NCBI GenBank assembly: GCA_014800605.1 | Contig: JAAVFS010000122.1 | Span: 373 to 64,372, forward strand | DNA: 64,000 nucleotides | Reading direction: 5' to 3' | Source of the DNA: Bacteroidales bacterium | GTDB lineage: Bacteria > Bacteroidota > Bacteroidia > Bacteroidales > Muribaculaceae | Shown here: positions 1 to 9,175 of the stretch, piece by piece | Position numbering within the stretch: the first letter of the stretch is position 1 | How the letters are laid out: the number at the start of each line of letters is the position of its first letter | Notes under the pieces: generated by a model | Seen by the model: only the letters and a program-made list of their open reading frames with translations | Databases searched by the model: none | What the model was told of the DNA's origin: nothing | Position numbers and translations under genes: made by a program

Positions 1-1
1 C

Positions 2-220
2 GGGTATGCAAGGCTTTCTTCTATTTATAGGAGGTTCGAACTTAACGAGAACATGGCTCCTCCGATCAAATGTCTTATAATATATCCTGATCAAGATGCG
101 GATGAGGTCTTCAACTTTACCGGATTATCGGAACCTACATTTGATACTTTTAGGGAGTATGTCAGAATATATAAGATGGGAATCAGGTTGCCGGTAATTG
201 AACTGAAGGATTCGTGTTGA
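2..220 (+). CDS. C-terminal end of an unidentified CDS entering from the left edge (alternatively a 55-aa ORF from ATG 53)
   Basis: Frame 2 is open from the window edge to TGA 218-220. Composition is protein-like (..LIIYPDQDADEVFNFTGLSEPTFDTFREYVRIYKMGIRLPVIELKDSC). It is below the ORF-track size cut-off, convergent with the ROK gene, and followed by hairpin 232-264. Confidence 0.3.
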   Translation, partial: GYARLSSIYRRFELNENMAPPIKCLIIYPDQDADEVFNFTGLSEPTFDTFREYVRIYKMGIRLPVIELKDSC

Positions 221-231
221 GAGAATATGTG

Positions 232-264
232 AAGAGCTGCGGCGGGGAGACCGGCGCAGCTCTT
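232..264. terminator. Hairpin between convergent genes (10-bp stem AAGAGCTGCG/CGCAGCTCTT)
   Basis: Perfect GC-rich stem read directly. It lies between stop 218-220 (+) and stop 293-295 (-). The U-tracts are weak. Confidence 0.45.
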
Positions 265-292
265 GGTGTATATTGATAGGGGATGTGTGCGA

Positions 293-1297
293 TCAGGCGG
301 GGAGGATGGGGGCTGATGCTGCGGGAGTTGCATCGAGGTATTTGGCTTCCCAGCCGAGAGCTGATGCGCCGAGGATGGCGGCATCGGCTTCTTTGAGCTC
401 TGACAGGAGGATCTTGACTTTGCCTTTCCAGATGGAGAGCATGTTTTTCTCCATGGCGTTGCGTACGGGCTTGAGGATCAGGTCGCCGGCTTTGGCGAGT
501 CCGCCGAAGAGCACGAATGCTTCGGGTGCGGAGAATACGGTGAAGTCTGCGAGGGCCTCGCCGAGGATTTCGCCTGTGTATTCGAAGATCTCTTTTGCGA
601 TGGGGTCGCCGGCGATGGCTGCGTCGTAGACGTCTTTAGATGTGATCTCGTCGACGGGGATGTTGCGCAGGAGTGAGGGCTCGTGGCGGATTTCGAGGAA
701 TTCGCGGGCTGTGCGTGCTACGCCTGTTGCTGAGCAATAGGTCTCGAGGCAGCCTGTGCGTCCGCATCCGCAGAGTCGGCCGTTGTTGCGTTTGGAGATG
801 ACGTGGCCGAGTTCGCCTGCGAAGCCGTCATGGCCGTAGACGAGCTGTCCGTTGATGACGATGCCTGAGCCTACGCCTGTACCGAGGGTGATCATGATGA
901 AGTCTTTGAGGCCGCGGGCTACTCCGTAGGTCATTTCGCCGATGGCTGCTGCGTTGGCGTCGTTGGTGACGGCTACGGGGATACCGAATTTGTCGCTGAC
1001 GAGTTTTGCCAGGGGTATGGGGGTGGGCCAGGGGAGGTTGACGCCGTCTTCGATCATGCCGGTGAAGAAGTTGCCGTTGGGGGCTCCGATGCCGATTCCG
1101 TGTATTTTGTCGACGGTGGAGGTGGCTTCCATCAGTTTCTTGAGTTCGTGATGAAGCTCATTGATGTAGTCGTTGATGTTGCTGTGTTTGCGGGTCTTGA
1201 TTGAGTTGCTTGCAAGGACTTGTCCACGTGCGTCGACGATGCCGAATACGGTGTTAGTACCGCCTATGTCGATGCCTACTACATAAGGTTTGCTCAT
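293..1297 (-). CDS. ROK-family sugar kinase (glucokinase-like)
   Basis: 334 aa. N-terminal ATP motif VGIDIGGTN and a ROK zinc-Cys cluster (HVISKRNNGRLCGCGRTGCLE). Confidence 0.85.
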   Translation of the reverse strand: MSKPYVVGIDIGGTNTVFGIVDARGQVLASNSIKTRKHSNINDYINELHHELKKLMEATSTVDKIHGIGIGAPNGNFFTGMIEDGVNLPWPTPIPLAKLVSDKFGIPVAVTNDANAAAIGEMTYGVARGLKDFIMITLGTGVGSGIVINGQLVYGHDGFAGELGHVISKRNNGRLCGCGRTGCLETYCSATGVARTAREFLEIRHEPSLLRNIPVDEITSKDVYDAAIAGDPIAKEIFEYTGEILGEALADFTVFSAPEAFVLFGGLAKAGDLILKPVRNAMEKNMLSIWKGKVKILLSELKEADAAILGASALGWEAKYLDATPAASAPILPA

Positions 1298-1353
1298 GAT
1301 AAGTTGAGTTTTAAAGTAAGATGATATAATGTTTATTGTTGTCTGTGTTCAGG

Positions 1354-2544
1354 TTAAGCTTTGACGCCTTTTGCGCCTTTGACTCCTTTGGTGCCTTTGC
1401 CGAGGGCGAAGATGTTGGCGTCATAGGTCTGTGTCTTCTGGGCGAGCTCGCGGCGGCGCTTGAGGGCGAGGGTTACGAGGCGGTCCATCAGCTGCGGGAA
1501 TGTTATTCCGGTAGCTTCCCAGAGGTAGAAGGAGAGTGAGCCGGGGATGGTATTGATCTCGTTGACGTAGATCTCATTGGTGTCGCGATCGACGATGACG
1601 TCGACGCGGCTTACGCCATGGCAGGAGAGCACGCGGAATGTCTCGGCAGCGAGGTGCTGGATGCGTTCGGTCATCTCGGTGGGGAGTTCGGCCGGGATGC
1701 GTTTCTGTGATGCCTGCATGCCCTTGGCGCCTTTGGAGCCGCCCATGTATTTGTCTTCGTAGGTGAGGAATTCGCCTGTCTTGATGGGCTCTTCGAGTAC
1801 GGAGGCGGCGTATTCGTCGCTGTCACCGAGTACTGAGCAGTTGATTTCCTGAAGATTGCGTACGAGGTGCTCGACGATGATGCGGGTCGAGTATCGGCGT
1901 GCGTCGTTGACGCGTTCGATGAGCTGTTCGCGATCGGCGGCGGCTCCGATGCCTACGCTTGAGCCGAGGTTGGCGGGCTTGACGATGACGGGATAGTGGA
2001 GTGATGACTCGATTTTTTCGATGATGGAATCGCGTTTTGCCTGCCACTCTTTGTCGGTAAACCAGGTGTAGTCTACGACGGGGATGCCGGCGCTCTGGAG
2101 TATCATCTTCATTGTGATCTTGTCCATACCGTTGGCTGAGGCGAGGGTGTTGCATCCGGCGTAGGGGATGCCGATTGTCTCAAGGACGCCCTCAAATGTG
2201 CCGTCTTCGCCGTTTGAGCCGTGGAGCACGGGGATGACGACGTGGAGGTTGGTCAGTATGTCGGAGCCGAGGAATGGTTTTTTGGAGAGGTAGAGGTTGA
2301 AGTTGCCTGTCTCGGGACGCATATAGACCTGCCGGCAGCGTTTGATCAAGCCGGGGATGTCGCGGTAGTTGCTGACGTCGAAGAGGGCGTCGCCGGTATA
2401 CCATTTGCCGTCTTTGGCTATATAGATCGGGGTGACGTCATATTTCTGACGGTCAATGGCGTGCATGGCCTGAGATGCTGATATGACGGAAATCTCATGC
2501 TCTGTAGAGCGTCCGCCGAAAAATACGCCTATGTTGGTTTTCAT
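1354..2544 (-). CDS. ddl: D-alanine--D-alanine ligase
   Basis: ATP-grasp Ddl motifs: GGRSTEHEISVISA, HGSNGEDGTFEGVLETIGIPYAG, VKPANLGSSVGI, NEINTIPG. Unusual Lys/Gly-rich C-terminal tail (KGTKGVKGAKGVKA). Confidence 0.9.
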   Translation of the reverse strand: MKTNIGVFFGGRSTEHEISVISASQAMHAIDRQKYDVTPIYIAKDGKWYTGDALFDVSNYRDIPGLIKRCRQVYMRPETGNFNLYLSKKPFLGSDILTNLHVVIPVLHGSNGEDGTFEGVLETIGIPYAGCNTLASANGMDKITMKMILQSAGIPVVDYTWFTDKEWQAKRDSIIEKIESSLHYPVIVKPANLGSSVGIGAAADREQLIERVNDARRYSTRIIVEHLVRNLQEINCSVLGDSDEYAASVLEEPIKTGEFLTYEDKYMGGSKGAKGMQASQKRIPAELPTEMTERIQHLAAETFRVLSCHGVSRVDVIVDRDTNEIYVNEINTIPGSLSFYLWEATGITFPQLMDRLVTLALKRRRELAQKTQTYDANIFALGKGTKGVKGAKGVKA

Positions 2545-2579
2545 TTTGCTGTATTATAATATGTATGTTTTGAACGATA

Positions 2580-4178
2580 TTATTTGAATGTGTCGGGGAG
2601 GTCGTTTTCGTAGATGACGGTGTCGCCGGCGGCTGCGAATGACATCAGCAGCTGCTGTGCCTGGGTGAAGGTGTCGACGGTGTGAACGTTCTCCCGGGGC
2701 ATGGTGCCGTCGGATGCTATTCCGGCTGTCAGGGCTTCGCGATTGTATTCGCCGACAATGATGGCTATGTCGGCTGAGCGGGAGATGTGACCGCCGAGGT
2801 CGCGGTTGAGTTCAGCCTGACGCTGACCGAGTTCGATCATGCCGGGAGTGATGACGATGCGACGGCCTCCGGTAAACTGCGAAAGCACTTCCATTGCCAT
2901 GCGCGAGCCGTGGGGGTTGGAGTTGAAGGCATCGTCGATGATGGTCAGTCCGCCGGCTGTGCGACGTATCGACAGACGATGCTCGACGGGCTCTATGTTT
3001 TCTACCGCGTATCTGATTTTGTCGGCCGGGACTCCGATATAAACGGCCACGGCCACGGCTGCCGTAAGGTTGGAGATGTTGCACTCGCCGAGCAGTCGGG
3101 TGGTCAGGTCGATCGAGAAGTCATCGGGGCCGACGATGGTGAATGTTGTTCCGGCCGGGGTGTATGCTATGTCTGTGGCGCGGTATTGTGCGGTCAGGTC
3201 ATCTGGACGGGCGGTGTAGCGTATGACGGGTACATTGTCGACCTGGCGTGAGGCTATCATGGGGAAGTCGTCGTTGATGACGGCGAGGCCATCGGATGGA
3301 AGCGAGTCGACGAGCTCGAACTTGGTGCGCTGCACATTCTCGATCGACTTGAAGGATTCAAGGTGCTGCTCGCCGACGGCTGTGACAATGCCGATCGAGG
3401 GGTGTACGAGGTCGCAGATCTCGCGGATGTCGCCGAGCTGTTTGGCGCCCATCTCGACGATGAATATCTCGTTGTAGGGCTGGAGGTATTCGCGGATGGT
3501 GCGTATCACACCAAGGGTCGTGTTGTAGGAGCCGGGGGTCATCAGCGTGTCGAAGTGGCTTGACAGGATGGCGTGCAGGTAGTGCTTGGTCGAGGTCTTG
3601 CCGTAGGATCCGGTGATACCGATGATGCGGAGGTCGGGCATGGAGGCGAGTATGTCGCGGGCCTCATTGTAGTATTTGCGGTTGATGCGGGCTTCGACCG
3701 GGCGGAGCAGCAGGTTGGCTCCCAGCAGGATGAATGGTGAGGCTACCACCTCAAGGAGCACCATTGCGCAGAGATATTGCAGGCTGTAGGTCAGCAGCCA
3801 CGTACCGGCAGCCAGCAGATAGCTGATAGCGAGCATCGTGATGAAGATGCGGCGGGCGCGGGCTGTCATGACGAGCGGCTTCTTGTAGCGGCGGCGCAGC
3901 AGTGAGATCATGCACCCGACGATGATGATGGCGGCGGGGATTGCGCATACGCGGAACGGGATCTTGTAGATGAGGATGAGGAAGAGCGCTATGCAGCCGA
4001 GTATGCGGGGAAAGGTCGTGCTCTCGTTTGAAGTGGTGAACCATCTGGCATAGCGTTCGTTGCGGTATGAGTTCTGCTGAAGCATCATCAGGTCGCGCCT
4101 ATAGACGGGGATCATGTAGGCGAGGGTGATGATGAGGAGCGTGAGTCCGGTTATTAGCTGGATGTCGTGGGGAGTCAT
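2580..4178 (-). CDS. murF: MurF-like Mur ligase (UDP-MurNAc-tripeptide--D-Ala-D-Ala ligase family) with a polytopic membrane N-terminal region
   Basis: Mur-ligase P-loop GITGSYGKTSTK at about aa 188 and a C-terminal domain motif IIDDAFNSNP. The first ~165 aa are 4-5 hydrophobic helices. There is a 4-nt stop/start overlap with the upstream hydrolase gene. Confidence 0.65.
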   Translation of the reverse strand: MTPHDIQLITGLTLLIITLAYMIPVYRRDLMMLQQNSYRNERYARWFTTSNESTTFPRILGCIALFLILIYKIPFRVCAIPAAIIIVGCMISLLRRRYKKPLVMTARARRIFITMLAISYLLAAGTWLLTYSLQYLCAMVLLEVVASPFILLGANLLLRPVEARINRKYYNEARDILASMPDLRIIGITGSYGKTSTKHYLHAILSSHFDTLMTPGSYNTTLGVIRTIREYLQPYNEIFIVEMGAKQLGDIREICDLVHPSIGIVTAVGEQHLESFKSIENVQRTKFELVDSLPSDGLAVINDDFPMIASRQVDNVPVIRYTARPDDLTAQYRATDIAYTPAGTTFTIVGPDDFSIDLTTRLLGECNISNLTAAVAVAVYIGVPADKIRYAVENIEPVEHRLSIRRTAGGLTIIDDAFNSNPHGSRMAMEVLSQFTGGRRIVITPGMIELGQRQAELNRDLGGHISRSADIAIIVGEYNREALTAGIASDGTMPRENVHTVDTFTQAQQLLMSFAAAGDTVIYENDLPDTFK

Positions 4179-4975
4179 TGTACGGGAGTTTTGTCTATGA
4201 AGCTTGAAAGGACCCTGTCAAACGGACCCGGTGCATCGAGGAAGCAGTAGTGGCCGCATCGGGGGAAGGCTACCAGGCCGGTGTCGGGTATCAGGCTGTC
4301 CATTATCTTGGCGTCGGAGAGTGGAGTGGCTGTGTCATTCTCGCCCCAGAGCAGGAGGGTCGGGCAGCTGATGGCGGGCATGACGTGTCGGAGGTCTTCA
4401 TTGACTACGCGCGAAAGCACTCTTCTCATCATCGGCGATGCCTGAGCATAGTCGGCCGAGCCTTTGCGGGCGCGCATGGCGTCGATCCGTTTCTGTCCGC
4501 GCTCCTTGCCGAGCAGGGTCAATGCCAGCCATTTGGCTGTCTTGAATTTGTAGACGCGGTAGTAGTAACAGAGGTGGCGGCGGGGCTTGACGCCAGCGGA
4601 GTCGACGAGCACAAGGCGGTCGACATTGTTGCGCGAGGCATACATTATGCCGACGCGGCCGCCGAATGAGTGGCCTATCAGGATCGGGTCGGTGACCCCC
4701 TCGACTTCGACAAGTCGCTCTATCATCTGAGTGTACTGCTCGACGCCCCATGCTGAGCCGTCCGAGAGCTCAGGGGGGTCGGGCGACTGGCCGTGGCCGG
4801 GAAAGTCGACAGTCAGCACGCGATGATGGCGTGTGGCGATATCGGTTATGGATTTTATGGTCTGGCGGTTGCACCCCCAGCCGTGCATGACTATGACCAC
4901 GGGACCCGTACCGAGGTCGGTATAGGCCATTGTAGCTCCATTATGTGTCAGTTGCTTTTCCATATCCGGTTTCAT
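4175..4975 (-). CDS. alpha/beta-fold hydrolase
   Basis: HGWGCN oxyanion region, nucleophile elbow GHSFGG, and a C-terminal His (RCGHYCF). The start is uncertain: ATG 4975 or ATG 4963. The ORF-track start 5002 lies upstream of the predicted -7 box. Confidence 0.8.
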   Translation of the reverse strand: MKPDMEKQLTHNGATMAYTDLGTGPVVIVMHGWGCNRQTIKSITDIATRHHRVLTVDFPGHGQSPDPPELSDGSAWGVEQYTQMIERLVEVEGVTDPILIGHSFGGRVGIMYASRNNVDRLVLVDSAGVKPRRHLCYYYRVYKFKTAKWLALTLLGKERGQKRIDAMRARKGSADYAQASPMMRRVLSRVVNEDLRHVMPAISCPTLLLWGENDTATPLSDAKIMDSLIPDTGLVAFPRCGHYCFLDAPGPFDRVLSSFIDKTPVQ

Positions 4976-4979
4976 AAAA

Positions 4980-4987
4980 CAAAAGTA
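4980..4987 (-). promoter_or_regulatory. Bacteroidota -7 box (TACTTTTG on the minus strand)
   Basis: Matches the TAnnTTTG consensus immediately upstream of the hydrolase-murF-ddl gene string. Confidence 0.4.
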
Positions 4988-5132
4988 GCTAAAAAAGTGC
5001 ATATCCCCGCATATAAGGGGAATAAAATTTGTGATAAGCTGAGGATGCCGATTCTGACAGATGAATTTTTCAACTAAAAAATACGTTGAAAAATTTGGTA
5101 GAGTAAATTATTTAGCTGATATTTGCGTCGTG

Positions 5133-5148
5133 AACTAATTAATTAGTT
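5133..5148. promoter_or_regulatory. Perfect 16-bp palindrome AACTAATTAATTAGTT, candidate BlaI-family operator
   Basis: Perfect dyad 8 nt upstream of the blaI-like ATG (5156). It shares the half-sites AACTA/TAGTT with the three sites at 54997-55092. Confidence 0.5.
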
Positions 5149-5155
5149 TTTGAAA

Positions 5156-5557
5156 ATGGCTAAAAAAGGAAGACTTAAGATGTATATGTCGACCCGCGAG
5201 GAGGAGGTCATGCAGCTCCTGTGGGATCGAGGCCCGTCGCTCGTCAAGGAGCTCGTGGAGCAGTATCCGGATCCGAAGCCCCATGTCAACACAGTGTCGA
5301 CTGTCGTCAGAGGGCTGGAAGAGAAGGGGTTTGTGGGTCATGAGCCCGCCGGACACTCGTTTCGCTACTTTGCGCTAAAGTCACGTGAGGAGTGTGGGCG
5401 CCGATCATTCTCGCAGCTCGTCAAGGGGTATTTCAATAATAATTATCTTGGCGCGGTCTCAACGCTGGTCGAGGAGGAAAAGATTACTGTCGAGGAACTT
5501 AAGGGCTTGATTGCTATGATAGAGGGAAAGGGGGCCGCTGATGGGAGCGCTGATTAG
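5156..5557 (+). CDS. BlaI/MecI/CopY-family transcriptional repressor
   Basis: Winged-helix penicillinase-repressor pattern (EEEVMQLLWDRGP..VKELVEQYPDPKPHVNTVSTVVRGLEEKGFV). Its 3' end overlaps the BlaR1-like gene. Confidence 0.85.
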   Translation: MAKKGRLKMYMSTREEEVMQLLWDRGPSLVKELVEQYPDPKPHVNTVSTVVRGLEEKGFVGHEPAGHSFRYFALKSREECGRRSFSQLVKGYFNNNYLGAVSTLVEEEKITVEELKGLIAMIEGKGAADGSAD

Positions 5558-6857
5558 TTATACGATAGAGAGTGGCATTGTCCTGCTGGCGTGCTACCTT
5601 ATTTATAAATGGCTCTTGTCCGATCGCAATGAGCCGTCATTCAACCGATTGGTGATCCTGGGCAGCTATCTCCTGGCGGCCATACTCCCGGCTATATGGA
5701 GTCATTTACCCGCACTCCCCTCGTCGGCTTCTGCTGATATTAAGGTTGGCAAAGCGGAGTTTACGGCCCTGACCGACAATCTCACGGTGGGTGATACCGG
5801 CCGATGGGTCTTAGTGGCTCTTTGCGTGATATATGCTGCGGGAGTGGTCGTAGTCGGGCTGTCGACGTTGGTGTCATGGGTACGTATCTCAAGAATCTTG
5901 AGGCGCGGAGAGAGTCGGCTGATCGACGGTTTCGAAGTGTCGATCATCGACGATAGCCGCATTCAGGCCATGAGCCGGATGGACAGAGTGCTGATCAGCC
6001 GCACTGACTTTCAGAGCGATATCTCAGGCTACATACTCTGCCACGAGGGCGCACACATCCGCCTGCGTCACAGCTATGACTTGCTGGTTGCCCGCCTGTT
6101 TGAGGTGCTGATGTGGTATAATCCGGCCGCGTGGCTGATGGCGTCGGAGCTGCGCGCCGTCCATGAGTATCAGGCCGATGAAGCTGTCATAGCCTCCGGA
6201 GCTGATCCGCGTTCATATCAACTAATGCTTGTAAAAAAGGTTGTCGGCCGGAATTTCGAGGCCATGGCCAACAACCTGAATCATAGTAAACTTAAAAAAC
6301 GTATCACCATGATGCAAAAATCAAAATCGAGCAAGGCGAGCCGGTTGCTTGCCTTTGCAATGGTGCCGGGACTGCTGGTAGCCATGTCTGTAACACGTAT
6401 TCCTGCTGTAGCCGGCGGACTGAGTGCTATGTCAAGGGCTCTGACAGAGCTCCATTCCGACACCAAAGTTAGTGAAAAATCTGGAGAAACCACTGCGGAC
6501 GATCCTGAAAATTCTCAGTCGGGAGCCGGGGAGCGTAAGGTGTTTCACGAAAGTGAGCAGTTGCCTCAGTATCCAGGTGGCGAGCGAGCTCTCTTGGATG
6601 ACCTCTCGGCTAATCTCGTCTATCCTAAAGATGCGCCCGGAGATGGTAAAGACCTGCATCGCGTTGTATTGCGATTTATTGTCGATACCGACGGGTCGGT
6701 CGTTTCACCGGAGATTGTCAAAAGCGCCGGTGAGGCTTACGATAAAGCGGCTCTTGAGGCTGTTAAGAAGCTGAAAAAGTTTGCGCCCGGTATGAACTAC
6801 GGTCAGCCGGTAGCTGTCTCCTATGTGCTTCCCGTAAATTTCCGAACCAAGAAGTAA
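5541..6857 (+). CDS. M56 (BlaR1-like) membrane metallopeptidase/sensor with a C-terminal TonB-type domain
   Basis: N-terminal TM helices, HEXXH (CHEGAHIRLRH), conserved HEYQAD, and a C-terminal TonB_C-like segment (QLPQYPGGERALLDDLSANLVYPKDA...VSYVLPVNF). Confidence 0.85.
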   Translation: MGALISYTIESGIVLLACYLIYKWLLSDRNEPSFNRLVILGSYLLAAILPAIWSHLPALPSSASADIKVGKAEFTALTDNLTVGDTGRWVLVALCVIYAAGVVVVGLSTLVSWVRISRILRRGESRLIDGFEVSIIDDSRIQAMSRMDRVLISRTDFQSDISGYILCHEGAHIRLRHSYDLLVARLFEVLMWYNPAAWLMASELRAVHEYQADEAVIASGADPRSYQLMLVKKVVGRNFEAMANNLNHSKLKKRITMMQKSKSSKASRLLAFAMVPGLLVAMSVTRIPAVAGGLSAMSRALTELHSDTKVSEKSGETTADDPENSQSGAGERKVFHESEQLPQYPGGERALLDDLSANLVYPKDAPGDGKDLHRVVLRFIVDTDGSVVSPEIVKSAGEAYDKAALEAVKKLKKFAPGMNYGQPVAVSYVLPVNFRTKK

Positions 6858-6881
6858 TCGCATTACTTAATATTGATTGTG

Positions 6882-6909
6882 GGCCGCGTCGCTTTCGGGT
6901 GTCGCGGCC
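6882..6909 (+). terminator. Rho-independent terminator candidate
   Basis: GGCCGCG...CGCGGCC stem followed by TTATT, 25 nt after the BlaR1-like stop. Confidence 0.5.
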
Positions 6910-6967
6910 TTATTGCTGTCGAAGGGCGAACGAATGAAGAGCTCCGGACGTTTGATTTTTATAAGAA

Positions 6968-7729
6968 ATGTATAGCAATATGATAAGAAAACTTTCCGAT
7001 TGGTTTCGCCACTTCTTTCATGTGGTGTCAAATGTCCGTCCGTTGGCCTGGATCGGACTATATGTGCTGTTGGTGCCAGTCTTCGCTATAATTTACAATC
7101 TCTTGCCTGACGGCCAGTTTAGAATACCTGACGGCGGTACTACCGACTTCGGGTCATGGCTCTACTACAGCATCGTGACCATCACGACCCTCGGCTTCGG
7201 CGATTACACTCCGATGGGTGGCGGAGCTCAGGCTGTCACGGCGGTCGAGGTCATGTGCGGATTGCTCTTCCTCGGGTTCTTCCTCAATGCCGTCGGCTCG
7301 ATGAAGTCGGAGATAGATGTCCGCTCGGAGGTAGAGCGTCAGCGACTCCTCCATGAGGCTGCTGAGCGTAGCAAACTCGAGGGGATGATTCCGTCTGTGA
7401 TCAGTATACTGAATCAGTTTACATCGGCCGTAGATCTATATAAGAAGCAGTCGACAGAGACCGGGCGCCGCGGCTTGGTCAAAAAGGGGGCGCGAGTGAG
7501 CCTCTGCCTTGACGGCTTGCAGAACAGAGTAGACCTCAGTCAGTGGCCGGGACTCGTAGAGGGATGTTTTACCTTTGTGGCAGACTATCAGCTCTATATC
7601 TCGGGTGATGATGACGTGGCAGACGATACTGAGCGTGAGAGCACGTCAGATTTTGTCGACATCGCCTATCGTACTGCCCTCAATATCGAGACCACCCTTA
7701 CCTCTATCTCCACGCATCCCCAAGGATAA
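6968..7729 (+). CDS. Two-TM potassium-channel-family protein with an uncharacterised ~130-aa cytoplasmic C-terminal domain
   Basis: K+ selectivity filter TTLGFGDYTP between two hydrophobic helices. Confidence 0.75.
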   Translation: MYSNMIRKLSDWFRHFFHVVSNVRPLAWIGLYVLLVPVFAIIYNLLPDGQFRIPDGGTTDFGSWLYYSIVTITTLGFGDYTPMGGGAQAVTAVEVMCGLLFLGFFLNAVGSMKSEIDVRSEVERQRLLHEAAERSKLEGMIPSVISILNQFTSAVDLYKKQSTETGRRGLVKKGARVSLCLDGLQNRVDLSQWPGLVEGCFTFVADYQLYISGDDDVADDTERESTSDFVDIAYRTALNIETTLTSISTHPQG

Positions 7730-7734
7730 TAGAA

Positions 7735-7772
7735 GACACCCCAAAAGTCCATAAGGAAACTTTTGGGGTGTC
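7735..7772. terminator. Bidirectional terminator hairpin (14-bp perfect stem)
   Basis: GACACCCCAAAAGT / ACTTTTGGGGTGTC between convergent genes, with A/T-rich flanks. Confidence 0.65.
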
Positions 7773-7799
7773 ATCATTATTTATAGATTACACTGGAAT

Positions 7800-9155
7800 T
7801 CAGACTTTGGGCTCCCAGCCGGGCTCGTAGGTGCGACTGAACAGCTTTGTAGCTTCCGGATCGCCCAGGATGCGGCCCGTCAAGGGGTCTACGTTGAGCG
7901 AGCGGCCTACACGCTGAGAGATGTTGCCGAGCTGAACGAGCTGAGTGGAGATGCATGCATCGACAAGGCCGGAATTGAGTTTGGCGCCTTTGCGGATGCC
8001 GTCAAACCAGTTTTTGAAGTGGATGGTGTCGAGGTCTTCACAGGGGTTGAGCAGGTTACCTTCCTGGAATCCGAGCTCGCTCTTTACATCCTTGATAGTG
8101 TTGCCCTTAAGGTCGACGATGCGATATTCGTCGCCGCCGGTGATGAAGATAGTGCCTTTGTCGCCATAGAATGCTGTGCCTACGCCGGAGCCGTCGACGG
8201 GGGTGCTGTTGCATGAGCGACCCTCCCATGAGCATGTGGCTTTGTCGCCAAATTGAAAGGTCATCATCTGTGTGTCGGGGGTCTGCCAGTCGTCGTCGGT
8301 ATGATTATAGCGGCCGCCTACAGAGCTGACGAGTGTCGGATAGTCGACGTCGAGACCCCAGCGGAGGATGTCGACGAAGTGGGTGCCGTTGTTGAGCGCT
8401 TCGCCTGTGCCCCAGTGCCAGAACCAGTGCCAGTTGTAGTGCAGATAGTTGTCTTTGAAGTCGGCGACACGGGGTGCGGGGCCTTGCCACAGATCCCAGT
8501 CGAGATGGTCGGGTACGGGGACTGCTTTGCCGTTTCCGATCGACGGGCGATTGTTGACATACCACGACTTGGCGTAGTGTACGGGGCCGATTGAACCGCC
8601 TTTGATCTCCTCGATGGCGCGAATCACGTTGGGCCATGAGCGACGCTGGTTGCCGACCTGAACTACAGTGCCGTATTTTGCGGCTGCGCGCATCAGCATG
8701 TCGTTTTCGGCAGGATTGTGTGATGTCGGTTTCTCAAGATAGACATGTTTGCCGGCCTGCATTGCCATGATGGCGGCAGGGGCGTGCCAGTGGTCGGGAA
8801 GTGCGATGACTACGGCATCAACCTCGGGAGATTCGAGCACCTTACGGAGGTCTTTCTCACCCTTGGGGGCTGTTCCGGTCAGGTTTTTGATGTCGGCCTG
8901 GCAGCGCTCGAGTGCGTGAGAGTCGACGTCACAAAGATAGGTCACATCGCAACCGGGCATACGTGCGAAACCCTGGGCAAGAGCACGGCCGCGAGAGTTG
9001 ACGCCCAGGACGGCTACACGGATGCGGTCGTTGGCGCCGATTACTCGATTATTTGATTTGGCGGAAGCTGTCAGTCCGCCGGGGACGATTGACGATACGG
9101 TAAGGGTCGCTGCTGTAGCGAAGGCCTTACGAAGAAAATCTCTACGTGATGACAT
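7800..9155 (-). CDS. Gfo/Idh/MocA-family oxidoreductase with a Tat signal
   Basis: Twin-arginine signal MSSRRDFLRKAFATAATL, Rossmann motif RVAVLGVNSRG, conserved YLEKP and WHWFWHWGTGE. Confidence 0.85.
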   Translation of the reverse strand: MSSRRDFLRKAFATAATLTVSSIVPGGLTASAKSNNRVIGANDRIRVAVLGVNSRGRALAQGFARMPGCDVTYLCDVDSHALERCQADIKNLTGTAPKGEKDLRKVLESPEVDAVVIALPDHWHAPAAIMAMQAGKHVYLEKPTSHNPAENDMLMRAAAKYGTVVQVGNQRRSWPNVIRAIEEIKGGSIGPVHYAKSWYVNNRPSIGNGKAVPVPDHLDWDLWQGPAPRVADFKDNYLHYNWHWFWHWGTGEALNNGTHFVDILRWGLDVDYPTLVSSVGGRYNHTDDDWQTPDTQMMTFQFGDKATCSWEGRSCNSTPVDGSGVGTAFYGDKGTIFITGGDEYRIVDLKGNTIKDVKSELGFQEGNLLNPCEDLDTIHFKNWFDGIRKGAKLNSGLVDACISTQLVQLGNISQRVGRSLNVDPLTGRILGDPEATKLFSRTYEPGWEPKV

Positions 9156-9175
9156 GGTATGATTGATTTATAGAT

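Noticed and set aside
91-629. ORFs 91-384 (-) and 273-629 (+)
   Set aside because: The first spans the intergenic hairpin with Pro/Ser-rich composition. The second is antisense to the ROK kinase gene. Neither has supporting signals.
1354-2544. Ddl as a VanA-type resistance ligase, or Ddl plus Mur ligase as a split cyanophycin-synthetase-like system
   Set aside because: No vanH, vanX or vanRS genes are nearby. The protein has canonical D-Ala-D-Ala ligase motifs, and the partner has MurF-type C-terminal motifs. The housekeeping interpretation is simpler.
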